Source: an uncultured Chloroflexia bacterium (GTDB taxonomy: Bacteria; Chloroflexota; Limnocylindria; QHBO01). Taken from it: DNA of 64,000 nt. Positions 9,453-19,558 of this stretch are shown in pieces. The translations under genes were made by a program, and so were the position numbers. The notes under the pieces were generated by a model, which saw only the letters and a program-made list of their open reading frames with translations, had not been told where the DNA came from and searched no databases. Each line of letters begins with the position of its first letter. Position 1 is the first letter of the stretch. The stretch is from positions 1,314 to 65,313 of the forward strand of contig CAVWZA010000019.1 in the NCBI GenBank assembly GCA_963759405.1. Direction: 5' to 3'.

Positions 9453-12400
9453 CCCGAGCCCGAACAGCGACTTCGTCCACCTCCACGTCCACTCCGAGTT
9501 CAGCCTGCTCGACGGGCTGAGCCGCATCGGCGAGATGACGAAGCGGGTGGCCGAGCAGGGGATGCCGGCGCTGGCGCTGACCGACCACGGGAGCATGTAC
9601 GGGGTCATCCCGTTCTACGCCGCCGCCAAGCAGGCGGGGATCAAGCCGATCATCGGCATCGAGGCCTACGTCGCCCCCCGCGGCATGGCCGACAAGGAGG
9701 GCAAGGCCGACGCCGACTACCACCACATGATCCTGCTGGCCAAGGACGACGTCGGCTATCGGAACCTGCTGGCCCTGACGACCGCCGCGCACCTCGACGG
9801 CTACTACTACAAGCCGCGGATCGACAAGGAGCTGCTGGCGCGGCACAGCGCCGGGCTCATCGGCACATCGGCCTGCCTGGGTGGGGAGGTCCTCAAGCGC
9901 CTCGGCCAGGGCGACGAAGCCGGCGCCGCCAAGGCCGCCGATGAGTATCGGTCCATCCTGGGCGACGGGAACTTCTTCATCGAGGTCCAGGAGCACGGGA
10001 TCGGCGAGCAGCAGCGGCTCCATCCGCAGCTGGTGGAGCTGGCGCGCCGCAACAACCTGCCGCTGGTCGCGACCAACGACACGCACTACACCTCGCCCGA
10101 CCAGTACGAGGCGCACGACCTGCTGGTCTGCATCCAGACCGCCAGCAACGTCGACACGCCCGGCCGGATGCGCTTCGAGAACAACGAGTTCTACCTGAAG
10201 TCCGCCGCCGAGATGCGCCGCCTCTTCAACGGCGAGCTGCCCGACGCCATGGACAACACGCTGCGCATCGCCGAGATGTGCGACGTCAACCTCGACTTCA
10301 GCGGCCTGCGCCTGCCGCACTTCGAGGTGCCCGAGGGCGAGACCGAGGGCTCCTGGCTGCGCAAGGAGTGCGAGCGCGGGCTCCCGGACCGATACGGCAC
10401 GGTCAGCGAGGCGATCCAGACCCGGCTCGACTACGAGCTCGGGATCATCGATCGGATGGGGTACTCGCGCCTACTTCCTGATCGTGGCCGACTTCATCCG
10501 CTTCGCGCGCGAGCGGGGGATCATGACCACCTGCCGCGGCTCGGCGCCGGGGTCGATCGTGACCTACTCGCTGGGCATCACGCCGGTCGACCCGCTCGCC
10601 TACGGCCTGCCGTTCGAGCGCTTCCTCAACCCGGACCGGGTGACGATGCCGGACATCGACATCGACTTCCAGGACTCGCGCCGGGACGAGGTCATCCAGT
10701 ACGTCACGCCAAGTACGGCGACGACCGGGTGGCCCAGATCATCACCTTCGGGACGCTCGGCGCGAAGGCGGCCATCCGCGACGTCGGGCGCGCCATGGGC
10801 CTCACCTACGCGGAGGCCGATCGGGTCGCCAAGTCGGTCCCCAACGAGCTGAACATCTCGCTGGCCCGCGCCGTGGAGACCTCGCCGCCGCTGCGCGAGC
10901 TGATGGCGGGGGACGATCGGGTCGACAAGCTCATCGGCATCGCCAAGCAGCTCGAGGGGGTCTCGCGCCACGCCTCGACCCATGCCGCCGGGATCGTCAT
11001 CTCGCGCGATCCGCTGACCGAGATCATGCCGCTCCAGCGCGCGACCGACGGCAAGACCACCATGACCCAGTTCGAGATGCACGCCTGCGAGGCGCTCGGC
11101 CTCCTGAAGTTCGACTTCCTGGGCCTCACCAACCTGACGATCCTGGCCGATGCCGTCGACCTGGTGGAGAAGCACCGCGGCGTTCGCCTGGACGTCGACC
11201 TGCTGCCGCTCGACGACCGCAAGACCTTCGAGCTCCTCTCCACCGGCGAGACGATGGGCGTCTTCCAGCTGGAAGGCTCCGGCATGCGCCGATACGTCAA
11301 GGAGCTCAAGCCGACCGAGGTGCGCGACCTGGCCGCCATGGTCGCCCTCTTCCGCCCCGGACCGATGGCCAACATCCCCGCCTACATCCGCCGCAAGCAC
11401 GGCGAGGAGCCGGTCACCTACCTGCACGACTCGCTGGAGCCCGCGCTGCGCGACACGTACGGGATCTTCGTGTACCAGGAGGACATCATGACCGCCGCCA
11501 TCGCGATGGCGGACTACACCGGTCCCGAGGCCGACAACCTCTGCTACGCGATCCGCAAGAAGAAGGAGGACGTCCTCCGCCAGCACGAGGCGAAGTTCAA
11601 GGCCGGCGCCAAGAAGAAGGGGATCCCGCCGCACATCGTCGACAAGGTCTTCCACGAGTTCGAGCCCTTCGCCCGCTACGGCTTCAACAAGGCCCACGCC
11701 ACCTGCTACGGCCTGATCGCCTACCAGACCGCCTACCTGAAGGCGAACTACCCGATCGAGTTCATGACCGCCGTCATGAACGGCTTCCGCGAGCGCGCCG
11801 AGAAGGTCGCCGCGGTCATCGCCGAGTGCCGGCGCCTGGGGATCGACGTCCGGCCGCCGGACGTGCAGAAGTCATCGGCCCTCTTCACGGTCGAGACCGA
11901 TGCGTCGGGCGCCCCCGAGGCGATCCGCTTCGGCCTGGCCGCCATCAAGAACGTGGGCGAGGGAGCGATCGAGGCGATCACCACCGTCCGGGATGGCGGG
12001 GAGTCGCCGGGTCCGTTCCGCTCGCTGGCCGACCTCTGCCAGCGGGTCGACCTGCACACCATCAACAAGCGGGTCATGGAGTCGCTCATCAAGGCCAACG
12101 CGGTTGCGTCGCTGGGGACCGCCGGCGCGTTGCTGGCCGCCCTGGACGTGGCCCTGGAGAACGGCCAGCGCCATCAGCGCGACGTGGCGGCCGGGCAGTC
12201 GACGCTGTTCGATCTCTTCGCGGTGCCGGAGGACGAATCGGTCCAGTTCCTGGATGGCGGGGAGGAGATTCCGCGGCGGGAGCGGCTGCGCTGGGAGAAG
12301 GAGCTCATCGGTCTCTACCTGTCGGAGCACCCGCTGGGCGACATCGCCGGGCGAGCTGCCGGACTACGTGACCGCCTACACCGGCGAGCTGGCCGAGGAG

Positions 12401-13198
12401 GCCGACCAGGCCAAGGTCACGCTGGGCGGGATCCTCATCTCGTCGCGCCGGGTGGTGACCCGGGCGGGCTCGACCATGCTCGTCGCCACGCTGGAGGACC
12501 TCCAGGGATCGGTCGAGGTGGTCGTCTTCCCGAAGGTCTTCGAGCAGACGGCCGTCTTCTGGGCCGATGACAACGTGGTGCTGGTGACCGGCCGCATCGA
12601 TCGCCGCGACGACGCCCCGCAGATCCTGTGCGAGGCCGTGCACCTGTGGGACGACGCGGTTCGGATGGGACCGGCGGCGTTCGGTGTCGAGCGGGATCGT
12701 CTGCTGGCCGCACGCGGCAACGGTCGTCGGTGGGAGCGGCCGCCGGAGCAGGGCGTCTGGAACGGGGGAGGCGGGTCTTCGCGCGAGCCGATCGCCGTTG
12801 CCGCGCCGCCGCCGGCCGCGGTTGCGGTGGTCGAGGCCGAGGCGGTCGCCGCCGCCATCGGTGCGCCCGAGCCGCTCGAGGAGACGCCGGCTCCGTCGGA
12901 CGCCGTGCCGATCCAATCGGCGCCGGAGGCATCCGCCGCGACCATCAGCGTCTCGATCGGCGACGACGTGCCGACGGATCGGCTGCTCGGCGCGATCGAA
13001 TCGGTCAAGGGGTTCCTGGCAGGTCGCCCGGGACCGTTGCCGGTGCTGCTCTTCATCTCGGTGGCCGGCGCCACGCGCCAGGTGCGGCTGCCCGACCACG
13101 TCGCCTGGGACGAGCGGCTGGGCGACGCGCTGCGCCGCGCCGCCGGCGTCCCGGTGGCCGTGGAGCTGCGCCCGGGCGTCGAGGAGCGCCTGGCCTAG
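9433..13198 (+). CDS. dnaE: DNA polymerase III alpha subunit (DnaE1 type); three frame breaks
   Basis: PHP domain [15 protein letters not shown], ..FFIEVQEHG.., palm/fingers ..GRVKSVGKHAAG-like region ([16 protein letters not shown]), OB fold ..[38 protein letters not shown]... ORFs 9391.., 10484.. and 11900.. are one gene. Breaks: insertion at 10468-10471, deletion at ~10709, extra G at 12349-12351. An ATG at 9391 is also possible as the start. Confidence 0.9.
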
Positions 13199-13205
13199 GC
13201 GGGTT

Positions 13206-13339
13206 TGACCCGCCCCACGGGTCATAGGTGGAAGGAGCTCGCGCTCTGTCGCGATTCACCCGTACTGCGGGTCAAATCGCGACGGAGGTGAGCCCTCATT
13301 CCGCCGCTCCTTCGCGTCTAAGACCCGCCCCACGGGTCA
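13206..13339. repeat. three hairpin-forming repeat units downstream of dnaE
   Basis: An identical 18-mer GACCCGCCCCACGGGTCA occurs at 13207..13224 and 13322..13339 (stem GACCCG/CGGGTC). A variant ACCCG-TACTG-CGGGT lies at 13258..13272, nested inside GTCGCGATT..AATCGCGAC and GAAGGAGC..GCTCCTTC inverted repeats. Confidence 0.7.
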
Positions 13340-13667
13340 ACTGCGTCCGCGACGTTGCCAGCAGGCGTGAGGCCCACCAGCTGAGCCAGGCGAGCAGCGC
13401 GACTGCCTTGACGCGCGCCGGGAGCCGGGTGACCCGCGCGGCGAGGCGGTCGCCAGTCGTCGGGCTGAAGACGCCGGTCGCGACCGCGCCCAGGACGAGG
13501 GGCCCGAACGGGTGGTCCCGCATCGCCCGGACGGGATCGCCGCTCACGACCGAGTGCCAGGAGCGGGTCATCCCGCAGGTCGGGCACGGATAGCCGGTCA
13601 CCCGCCGGAAGGCGCAGACGGCGGGCAGTCGGTCGACGGCCCTCCGGGGAATCAAGCCGGCCGCCAC
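13296..13667 (-). CDS. DUF2752 domain membrane protein
   Basis: CPTCGMTRS motif followed by hydrophobic helices. The last ~15 codons run into the repeat region, so the true stop may be earlier. Confidence 0.65.
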   Translation of the reverse strand: MAAGLIPRRAVDRLPAVCAFRRVTGYPCPTCGMTRSWHSVVSGDPVRAMRDHPFGPLVLGAVATGVFSPTTGDRLAARVTRLPARVKAVALLAWLSWWASRLLATSRTQLTRGAGLRREGAAE

Positions 13668-13706
13668 CGCGCGAGAGCCATTGCTCGCTGCGGCCGCGTC
13701 AGCGGA

Positions 13707-14084
13707 CTAGCGGCGAAGGGGGCGTCCCTGCGCATCGGTCATGCTGCCCATCACGATCAGGATGAGGTCGATCACGGCCCAGATGCCGCACCCACCGAGC
13801 GTCACCAGCTTCAGGATTCCAAGGCCGGTGTATCCGAGATAGAAGCGGTCGATGCCGAGAACGCCGACGAAGAACGAGAGCAGGAGCGTCGTCAGCCAAT
13901 CCTTGTCCGAGAAGAGGCCCGGGATCTCGACGGAGCGGAACCACGCGGCCTCGGCGCTCGACCGCCGGACCATCGAGTCGGCTCGCAGGTCGCCCGACTT
14001 CACCTGAAGCTGCAGCTCAGCCAGGGAATACGGTCCCTGCTCCTCCCCCATGCGCTGGACCATGAACGTATCGGTGCCGGTCAA
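13707..14084 (-). CDS. GYF_2 (DUF4339)-TM2 domain protein
   Basis: N-terminal ..GPYSLAELQLQVKSGDLRADSMVR... C-terminal TM2 motif FFVGVLGIDRFYLGYTGLGILKLVTLGGCGIWAVIDLILI. Confidence 0.8.
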   Translation of the reverse strand: MTGTDTFMVQRMGEEQGPYSLAELQLQVKSGDLRADSMVRRSSAEAAWFRSVEIPGLFSDKDWLTTLLLSFFVGVLGIDRFYLGYTGLGILKLVTLGGCGIWAVIDLILIVMGSMTDAQGRPLRR

Positions 14085-14139
14085 ACGTCGCCTCCTCCGG
14101 TGCGAATGGCGTGTGCCAACACAATAGGTCGAACGGCCC

Positions 14140-15019
14140 TCAGTCGGTGAACTCGAGCGTCGCCAGCATCTCGTCGATGGCAGCGATCATGTCCGCGCGC
14201 TCGAGCTCGAGGCCGGCGATGTCGGCGCGGACCTCGATCCATCGGTCCGGAAAGTCCGGCGGGCTGAGCTGCCACCAGGCGACGGCGCTCTCGCGGGCCG
14301 CCTCTCGAATCTCGAACGCGGCCGGGTTGCCGCCGATGATCCTGTCGGCGTCCAGGCCATACGGTCGCGCGGTCACCGGGTCCGGCACCGGTGGCGAGCC
14401 GCCCTCCCAGACGGTCATCAGGATCGATGCCTCGCCCGGCGGAATGTCGTCGATGGCCAGGTCGCACGGATCGGTGAAGCTGGTGCAGAGCTCGCGCGTG
14501 GCGATCGAGTAGGTCACGAGGTGCGCAAGGACCTGATGGCCCGCCGGGTCCGTCCCGTCGCCGGGCGCCACGTTCCAGTCGGGCGGGTACTCGAAGCTGA
14601 CCTGCTCGCCGACGAAGCGAGGGCCGATCGTCCGACGGCTGCGCCGCCATCGAGACGCCGATCATGAGCGCTGCCACGACCACGACCACCCCGCCCAGCA
14701 CGCCGATGGCCACCCATCCCGAGTCCATCGGTGAGGGAGGCGCCTCCGGCATCGGCCTCGGGCGTCGGCTCGGCTCGGCAGGAGCGGAGACCCAGTGAGG
14801 CGGAGCGATGACGGTGTTCAGGCGCTCCCATCGGGCGCGACGGATCGGGTCCGAGAGGATGTGCCACGCCTCGTTGATGCGCGCCATGGCCGTGTTCGGG
14901 GCAGCTGCGCCCGAATCGGGGTGGTTCTGCTTCGCCAGTCGCCGATACGCACGCGCGATCTCCTCGCGCGAAGCGGTGCGGGCAACGCCCAGGACGGCAT
15001 AGGGATCGATCTCGGCCAC
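14140..15019 (-). CDS. J-domain (DnaJ-like) single-pass membrane protein; one frame break
   Basis: DPYAVLGVARTASREEIARAYRRLAKQNHPD (HPD tripeptide), TM segment WVAIGVLGGVVVVVAALMIGV. The extracytoplasmic domain continues in ORF 14140..14571 (..FVGEQVSFEYPPDWNVAPGDG..). Break at ~14620. Confidence 0.75.
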
Positions 15020-15049
15020 CAGGGCCGCAGTCTACGCCGCCACGCTTGC

Positions 15050-15055
15050 TATCCT
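15050..15055 (+). promoter_or_regulatory. -10-like box TATCCT, 7 nt upstream of GTG 15063
   Basis: gcTATCCTgtcgcccGTGatc. A minus-strand TAGACT (15029..15034) faces the J-domain gene start at 15019. Confidence 0.35.
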
Positions 15056-15062
15056 GTCGCCC

Positions 15063-15539
15063 GTGATCATGAAGCGCGCGAAGAAGCCGGCCGAGGTCGG
15101 GGACCCGGGCTCGACGGTCAAGCCGTCCGCGGCCGCCGCTGCCGCCGTCGCGACCGTCCCATCGGCCACCGATGCCCCGATCGACGGCGCGCAGCTCGAC
15201 GCCGCCATCCTCCGCTTCCTGCGCCGCTTCCCGAACGAGACGGTCGACCTGCAGCCGCTGGCCGACGAGCTTGGCGTCGAGCCGTCGCGGATCCAGCTCG
15301 CGGTCGAGGCACTTGGCCGACGCGGCATGGTCGTCGTTCCGTTCGTCGAGCCCGGCGCCGCCGGAGGGGCGACGCTCACCGCGGTCGGTCTTCGCTGGCT
15401 CATCGAGCGCGAGGGTGGAACGCCATCGGACAAGCCCACCGCCCTCCAACCGGCGAAGAAGCACGTGCGTCCCTCGGACGAAGCGGCCCGCCTGCCTCGC
15501 GCCGAGGTCTACGGCCTCAAGAAGGGCAGCGCCCGCTAG
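15063..15539 (+). CDS. hypothetical protein; possible winged-helix domain
   Basis: 158 aa in a high-GC3 frame; ..ILRFLRRFPNETVDLQPLADELGVEPSRIQLAVEALGRRGMVV... No confident family assignment. Confidence 0.5.
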   Translation: MIMKRAKKPAEVGDPGSTVKPSAAAAAAVATVPSATDAPIDGAQLDAAILRFLRRFPNETVDLQPLADELGVEPSRIQLAVEALGRRGMVVVPFVEPGAAGGATLTAVGLRWLIEREGGTPSDKPTALQPAKKHVRPSDEAARLPRAEVYGLKKGSAR

Positions 15540-16312
15540 GTATCCAGGAAGCGGCGAAGGAAGCGGCGGGTCGACTCCTCGTGTGGCTCGTCGAGGATCT
15601 GCTCCGGGGGACCCTGCTCGACCACCGCGCCATCCTCCATGAAGACCACGCGGTCCGCGGCTTCCCGGGCGAAGTGCATCTCATGGGTGACGACGATCAT
15701 CGTCGTGCCACCGTGCGCCAGGTCTTCCATGACCCGCAGCACCTCCCCGATGAGCTCCGGGTCGAGCGCCGAGGTCGGTTCGTCGAAGAGAAGCACCTTC
15801 GGGTCCATGCACAGGGCACGCGCGATCGCGACCCGCTGCTTCTGGCCGCCGGAGAGGCGAGCCGGGTATTCGTCGCGCTTGTCGACCAACCCAACCACCT
15901 CGAGGTAATAGTCGGCGCGCTCAATGGCGGTGGCCTTTGGCAGACCGAGCACGCGCATCGGTGCCTCCATGCAGTTGCCGAGCGACGTCATGTGCGGGAA
16001 GAGGTTGAACTCCTGGAAGAGCATGCCGGCGCGAAGGCGCATCTGGCGGATCTGCTCCTGGTGTCGCCGGCTTCGAGCCTGCAATGGATCGGCCTCGAGT
16101 CGAAGCCCATCGATCTCGACCCAGCCCGCTGTCGGTTCCTCCAGGAAGTTGATGCAGCGCAGCAGCGTCGTCTTCCCGCTCCCGGATCGGCCCACGATCA
16201 TGACGGCCTCGCGCTGCCGCACCTCCAGGTCGATGCCGCGCAGCACGTGGTGGTCGCCGAAGTACTTCTCGATGGCCTCGACCCGGACGATGACCTCTCC
16301 ATCGGTGGTCAT
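15536..16312 (-). CDS. amino-acid ABC transporter ATP-binding protein
   Basis: Walker A GRSGSGKTT, signature LSGGQKQR, Walker B LLFDEPTSALD. ATGA overlap with the permease stop. Confidence 0.9.
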   Translation of the reverse strand: MTTDGEVIVRVEAIEKYFGDHHVLRGIDLEVRQREAVMIVGRSGSGKTTLLRCINFLEEPTAGWVEIDGLRLEADPLQARSRRHQEQIRQMRLRAGMLFQEFNLFPHMTSLGNCMEAPMRVLGLPKATAIERADYYLEVVGLVDKRDEYPARLSGGQKQRVAIARALCMDPKVLLFDEPTSALDPELIGEVLRVMEDLAHGGTTMIVVTHEMHFAREAADRVVFMEDGAVVEQGPPEQILDEPHEESTRRFLRRFLDT

Positions 16313-17118
16313 CGGTCGCCTCGCGCCATCCACCGCTCGAGGCGCTGCTGGAAGTGGCTGAAGACGATGGTCAGGATCCAGTAGATCGCGGCGGCGATGA
16401 TGAGTGCCTCAAGGCTTCGGAAGTGCTGCTGACCCACCAGCCGAGAGCGGAACAGCAGCTCCTCGACCGAGAGGATCGACACCAGCGATGAGTCCTTGAT
16501 CATCGCGACGAACTCGTTGCCGATGGCCGGGATCACGATCCGAACGGCCTGGGGCAGGACGATTCGGCGCATGACCAGGCGCTCCGGCATCCCCAGGGCC
16601 TCGGCGGCTTCCCGCTGCCCGTCCGGAACGGCCTGGATGCCCGCCCGGAAGATCTCGGTCATGTAGGCGCCGTAGTTGAAGCTGAGCGCAATGAGCCCGG
16701 CCGGGATCGCCGGCAGCACGATCCCCACCTGCGGCAGGGCCAGGTAGACGAACAGGATCTGCACGATCAGCGGCGTGCCTCGGGCCAGCGACACGTACAG
16801 CGAGGCCAATCCATTGAGGTACGGATTGGGCGATAGGCGACCGAAGGCGCCGATGAGCGCCAGGATCGTGGCGAACGTGATCGACACGACTGATATCAGA
16901 ACGGTGAGGCTCGCCCCGCCGATGATGAACGGGCCCCATTCGGCGATGAAGGCGGTGTCGATGTTTCCGGTTATCCCGAGGCCGGCGAGGATCACGCCGA
17001 TCAGGACAATCCAGGTGGCTGCGACCTTCAGCCGGAATGCAGTTCGAGCGCGCTCCTCAGCCGCCTGAACGCGAGCCACGATCGGACGCGGCTCGGGTGC
17101 GCCTACTGCGGCAGTCAT
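16309..17118 (-). CDS. amino-acid ABC transporter permease (His/Glu/Gln/Arg type)
   Basis: ..LARGTPLIVQILFVYLALP.. and the EAA-like loop ..REAAEALGMPERLVMRRIVLPQA... Confidence 0.9.
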   Translation of the reverse strand: MTAAVGAPEPRPIVARVQAAEERARTAFRLKVAATWIVLIGVILAGLGITGNIDTAFIAEWGPFIIGGASLTVLISVVSITFATILALIGAFGRLSPNPYLNGLASLYVSLARGTPLIVQILFVYLALPQVGIVLPAIPAGLIALSFNYGAYMTEIFRAGIQAVPDGQREAAEALGMPERLVMRRIVLPQAVRIVIPAIGNEFVAMIKDSSLVSILSVEELLFRSRLVGQQHFRSLEALIIAAAIYWILTIVFSHFQQRLERWMARGDR

Positions 17119-17193
17119 GGCATCGTCCTTCTCAATGCGCGAGGGCGGGGACGTTCGGCGTCCCCGCCCTCAGTGTGTCCTTCCGACGTGGGT

Positions 17194-18126
17194 TCAGCCG
17201 CCGGACGGATCCTGCGTGAGGTCCTCTCCGAACCATTCCTCGCTCAGCTCGGTGAGGGTCCCGTCCTCGTGCATCTCACCGATGATCTTGTCGATCTCGT
17301 ACAGGAGCGCTGCGTGTGGCGGCCCCGCCTTATCGATGGCAACCGACAGGTTCTCCTGGTAGAGCGGATCGCTGATCCTCACAACCGGCTGGTCGGCCGC
17401 AGTCGCGGCATCGATGACCGTACCGGACGTGATGAAGAAGTCGAACTCCGGCCGCCCGGCGGTGATCTCCTCGATGCAGTTCGCATCGGTCGGTCGTGTC
17501 ACCGGTTCGGCACCGGTCGGAAGCTCGAACGGAAGGTCGTCGACGCTGGTGATGCCTGAACGCAAGCTGGCGCCGATGTCGGCAGGCGTGTAGTAGTACG
17601 GCTGGGTGAAGCTGAACAGCTCCTTGCGGGGAGTGGTGATCGTCATCGATCCGACGCTGATGTCCCAACGCTCTGCCCAGCTTCCGGCCGTGATGATCTC
17701 CCAGTCCTGGTGCTGGAACTCGGCCTCAACGCCGAGGCGCTCCGCGATCTCGGTCCCAACGTCGATGTCGAAGCCCACCCATGAGCCATCGGGGTCGCGG
17801 AACGACTGCGGCTCGTAGTTCGCATCGGTCGAGATGCGCAGAACTCCGTTCTCCTGGACGGTCTCGAGGAGGTCACCCGTGGCGTCGCCAGGATCCTCGA
17901 TCGGGTCCTGAACGTCAGGCTCGAGGTCTCCGTTGAGCCAGTCGAGGTACGTGGTCGCCTCGCCGACGCAGACGACATTGGTGACGTCGACGGCGGCCTC
18001 GCTGGGGCTGGCGGCTGCCTCCGACGCGCTCGCCGGCGCGGTCGCCGACCCGCCGGTGTCGGCCTGGCACGCGGCCAGCACGAGTATCGCGATCGGAAGG
18101 ATCGCAAGGCGTCGCATCTTGTCCAT
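17194..18126 (-). CDS. amino-acid ABC transporter substrate-binding lipoprotein
   Basis: Lipobox LVLAAC, ..LRISTDANYEPQSF..GFDIDVGTEIAERLG... Start placed at ATG 18126 behind GGAGGAA; the ORF extends to 18198. Confidence 0.8.
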   Translation of the reverse strand: MDKMRRLAILPIAILVLAACQADTGGSATAPASASEAAASPSEAAVDVTNVVCVGEATTYLDWLNGDLEPDVQDPIEDPGDATGDLLETVQENGVLRISTDANYEPQSFRDPDGSWVGFDIDVGTEIAERLGVEAEFQHQDWEIITAGSWAERWDISVGSMTITTPRKELFSFTQPYYYTPADIGASLRSGITSVDDLPFELPTGAEPVTRPTDANCIEEITAGRPEFDFFITSGTVIDAATAADQPVVRISDPLYQENLSVAIDKAGPPHAALLYEIDKIIGEMHEDGTLTELSEEWFGEDLTQDPSGG

Positions 18127-18236
18127 CATTTCCTCCATGTGGGCACGCCGATGCATGCCGGCGTCCATCGGTGCCATTCGGTCGGGACGTTGTAGCACTT
18201 CGCCGCAGGGTGCGGCAAGGAATCCCGCCTCGTCGG

Positions 18237-18242
18237 TACACT
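18237..18242 (+). promoter_or_regulatory. -10-like box TACACT, 6 nt upstream of ATG 18249
   Basis: ggTACACTcagcgcATGacc. Confidence 0.4.
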
Positions 18243-18248
18243 CAGCGC

Positions 18249-19349
18249 ATGACCAGCACCGTGCCCACGACGCCGCTCAGCCGGGCCGCCACCCTGCCCT
18301 CGCGCTACTACGTCGACGCCGAGATCCTCGAGGCCGAGAAGGAGCGCATCTTCGGCCGGACCTGGCAGCTGGTGGCGCGGACCGATGAGCTCCAGCGGGT
18401 GGGCGACTTCGTGCCGGTGATGGTGCTCGACGAGCCGGTCGTCATCACCCACGGGTTGGAGGGGGAGCTGCGCGCCTTCTACAACGTGTGCCGGCATCGG
18501 GCCGGGCAGGTGGCGTTGACGCGTGGGAATCGCAAGTCGCTGCAGTGCCGATATCACGGCTGGACCTACGGCCTGGATGGGTCGCTGCGCGCCTGTCCGG
18601 AGATGGAGGAGACGGAGGACTTCCGCAAGGAGGACTTCGGCCTGGTGCCGGTGCGAGTGGAGACGTGGGGCCCGTTCGTGTTCGTCAACCTGGACGCATC
18701 GGCGCCTCCGCTGGCCGAGATGATGGGCGCCATTCCCTCCGAGGTTGCCTCCGCCGGCTACGACGTCGCCAACATGCGGCTGGTCGAGCGGCGCGACTAC
18801 GTGATCGAGTGCAACTGGAAGGTCTACGTCGACAACTACCTCGAGGGCTACCACCTGCCGATCGCGCACCCGCAGCTCTTCAAGGAGCTCGACTACGACA
18901 GCTACCGCGTCGAGGAGTTCCGCTACTACTCGAAGCAGCACGCGCCGATCCGGGAGCTGAAGCCCGGGGAGCAGCTCGGGGTGGATCGGCGCTACCTGCG
19001 CCAGCCCGGCGCCGAGGATTCCGCGCTCTACTACTGGCTCTTCCCGAACACGATGTTCAACATCTACCAGGACAACATGTCCTCGAACGTGATCCTGCCG
19101 CTCGGGCCGGACAGGACGCTGACCGTCTTCGAGTGGTTCTTCGCCGAGCCGGGCAGCGGTCCCGGATGGGAGTCGATGCAGCAGACGATCGCCTTCTCCG
19201 ACGAGATCCAGCAGGAGGACATCGTCATCTGCGAGCAGGTCCAGCGTGGCCTGCGCTCCCGTGCCTACGACTCCGGCCGCTTCTCCGCCAAGCGCGAGAA
19301 CGGCGTCTACCACTTCCAGAACCTCGTCCGCGAGTTCCTCGGGGAGTAG
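18249..19349 (+). CDS. Rieske [2Fe-2S] aromatic-ring-hydroxylating oxygenase alpha subunit family
   Basis: Rieske motifs CRHRAG..CRYHGW. The C-terminal catalytic domain carries ..NWKVYVDNYLEGYHLPIAHP... Confidence 0.85.
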   Translation: MTSTVPTTPLSRAATLPSRYYVDAEILEAEKERIFGRTWQLVARTDELQRVGDFVPVMVLDEPVVITHGLEGELRAFYNVCRHRAGQVALTRGNRKSLQCRYHGWTYGLDGSLRACPEMEETEDFRKEDFGLVPVRVETWGPFVFVNLDASAPPLAEMMGAIPSEVASAGYDVANMRLVERRDYVIECNWKVYVDNYLEGYHLPIAHPQLFKELDYDSYRVEEFRYYSKQHAPIRELKPGEQLGVDRRYLRQPGAEDSALYYWLFPNTMFNIYQDNMSSNVILPLGPDRTLTVFEWFFAEPGSGPGWESMQQTIAFSDEIQQEDIVICEQVQRGLRSRAYDSGRFSAKRENGVYHFQNLVREFLGE

Positions 19350-19380
19350 GTCGCCGCTGTCGGCGGTCCCATCGGTCAAT

Positions 19381-19558
19381 TGCGCGTCTGATGCGCGTTT
19401 GGCAGCTCGACCGGCGTGATTTCGTCATATGCGCACTGCCTGCGCAAGCGGTCGGCTTCATCGGACCGATCGCGCCATTTGCGCACGTGGTGCGGCAGGA
19501 GGCGCCGATTTGTCAGGAGCGAGCCTGAGATGGCCGCGCGGTGCGCACACCATGCGCA
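19381..19558. repeat. array of four TGCGCR-N5-TGCGSN dyads with ~50-bp period
   Basis: Dyads at 19381/19392, 19430/19441, 19480/19491 and 19542/19553. The half-site spacing is always 11 bp. Unit starts are 49, 50 and 62 bp apart. TGCGCA is self-complementary. Confidence 0.75.

Noticed and set aside
12600-13198. A long C-terminal extension of DnaE as a possible novel fused domain or separate gene.
   Set aside because: A low-complexity Ala/Pro linker followed by a short conserved terminal domain (..[44 protein letters not shown]..) resembles the C-terminus of actinobacterial DnaE1 proteins as I recall them. There is no separate start site or ribosome-binding site.
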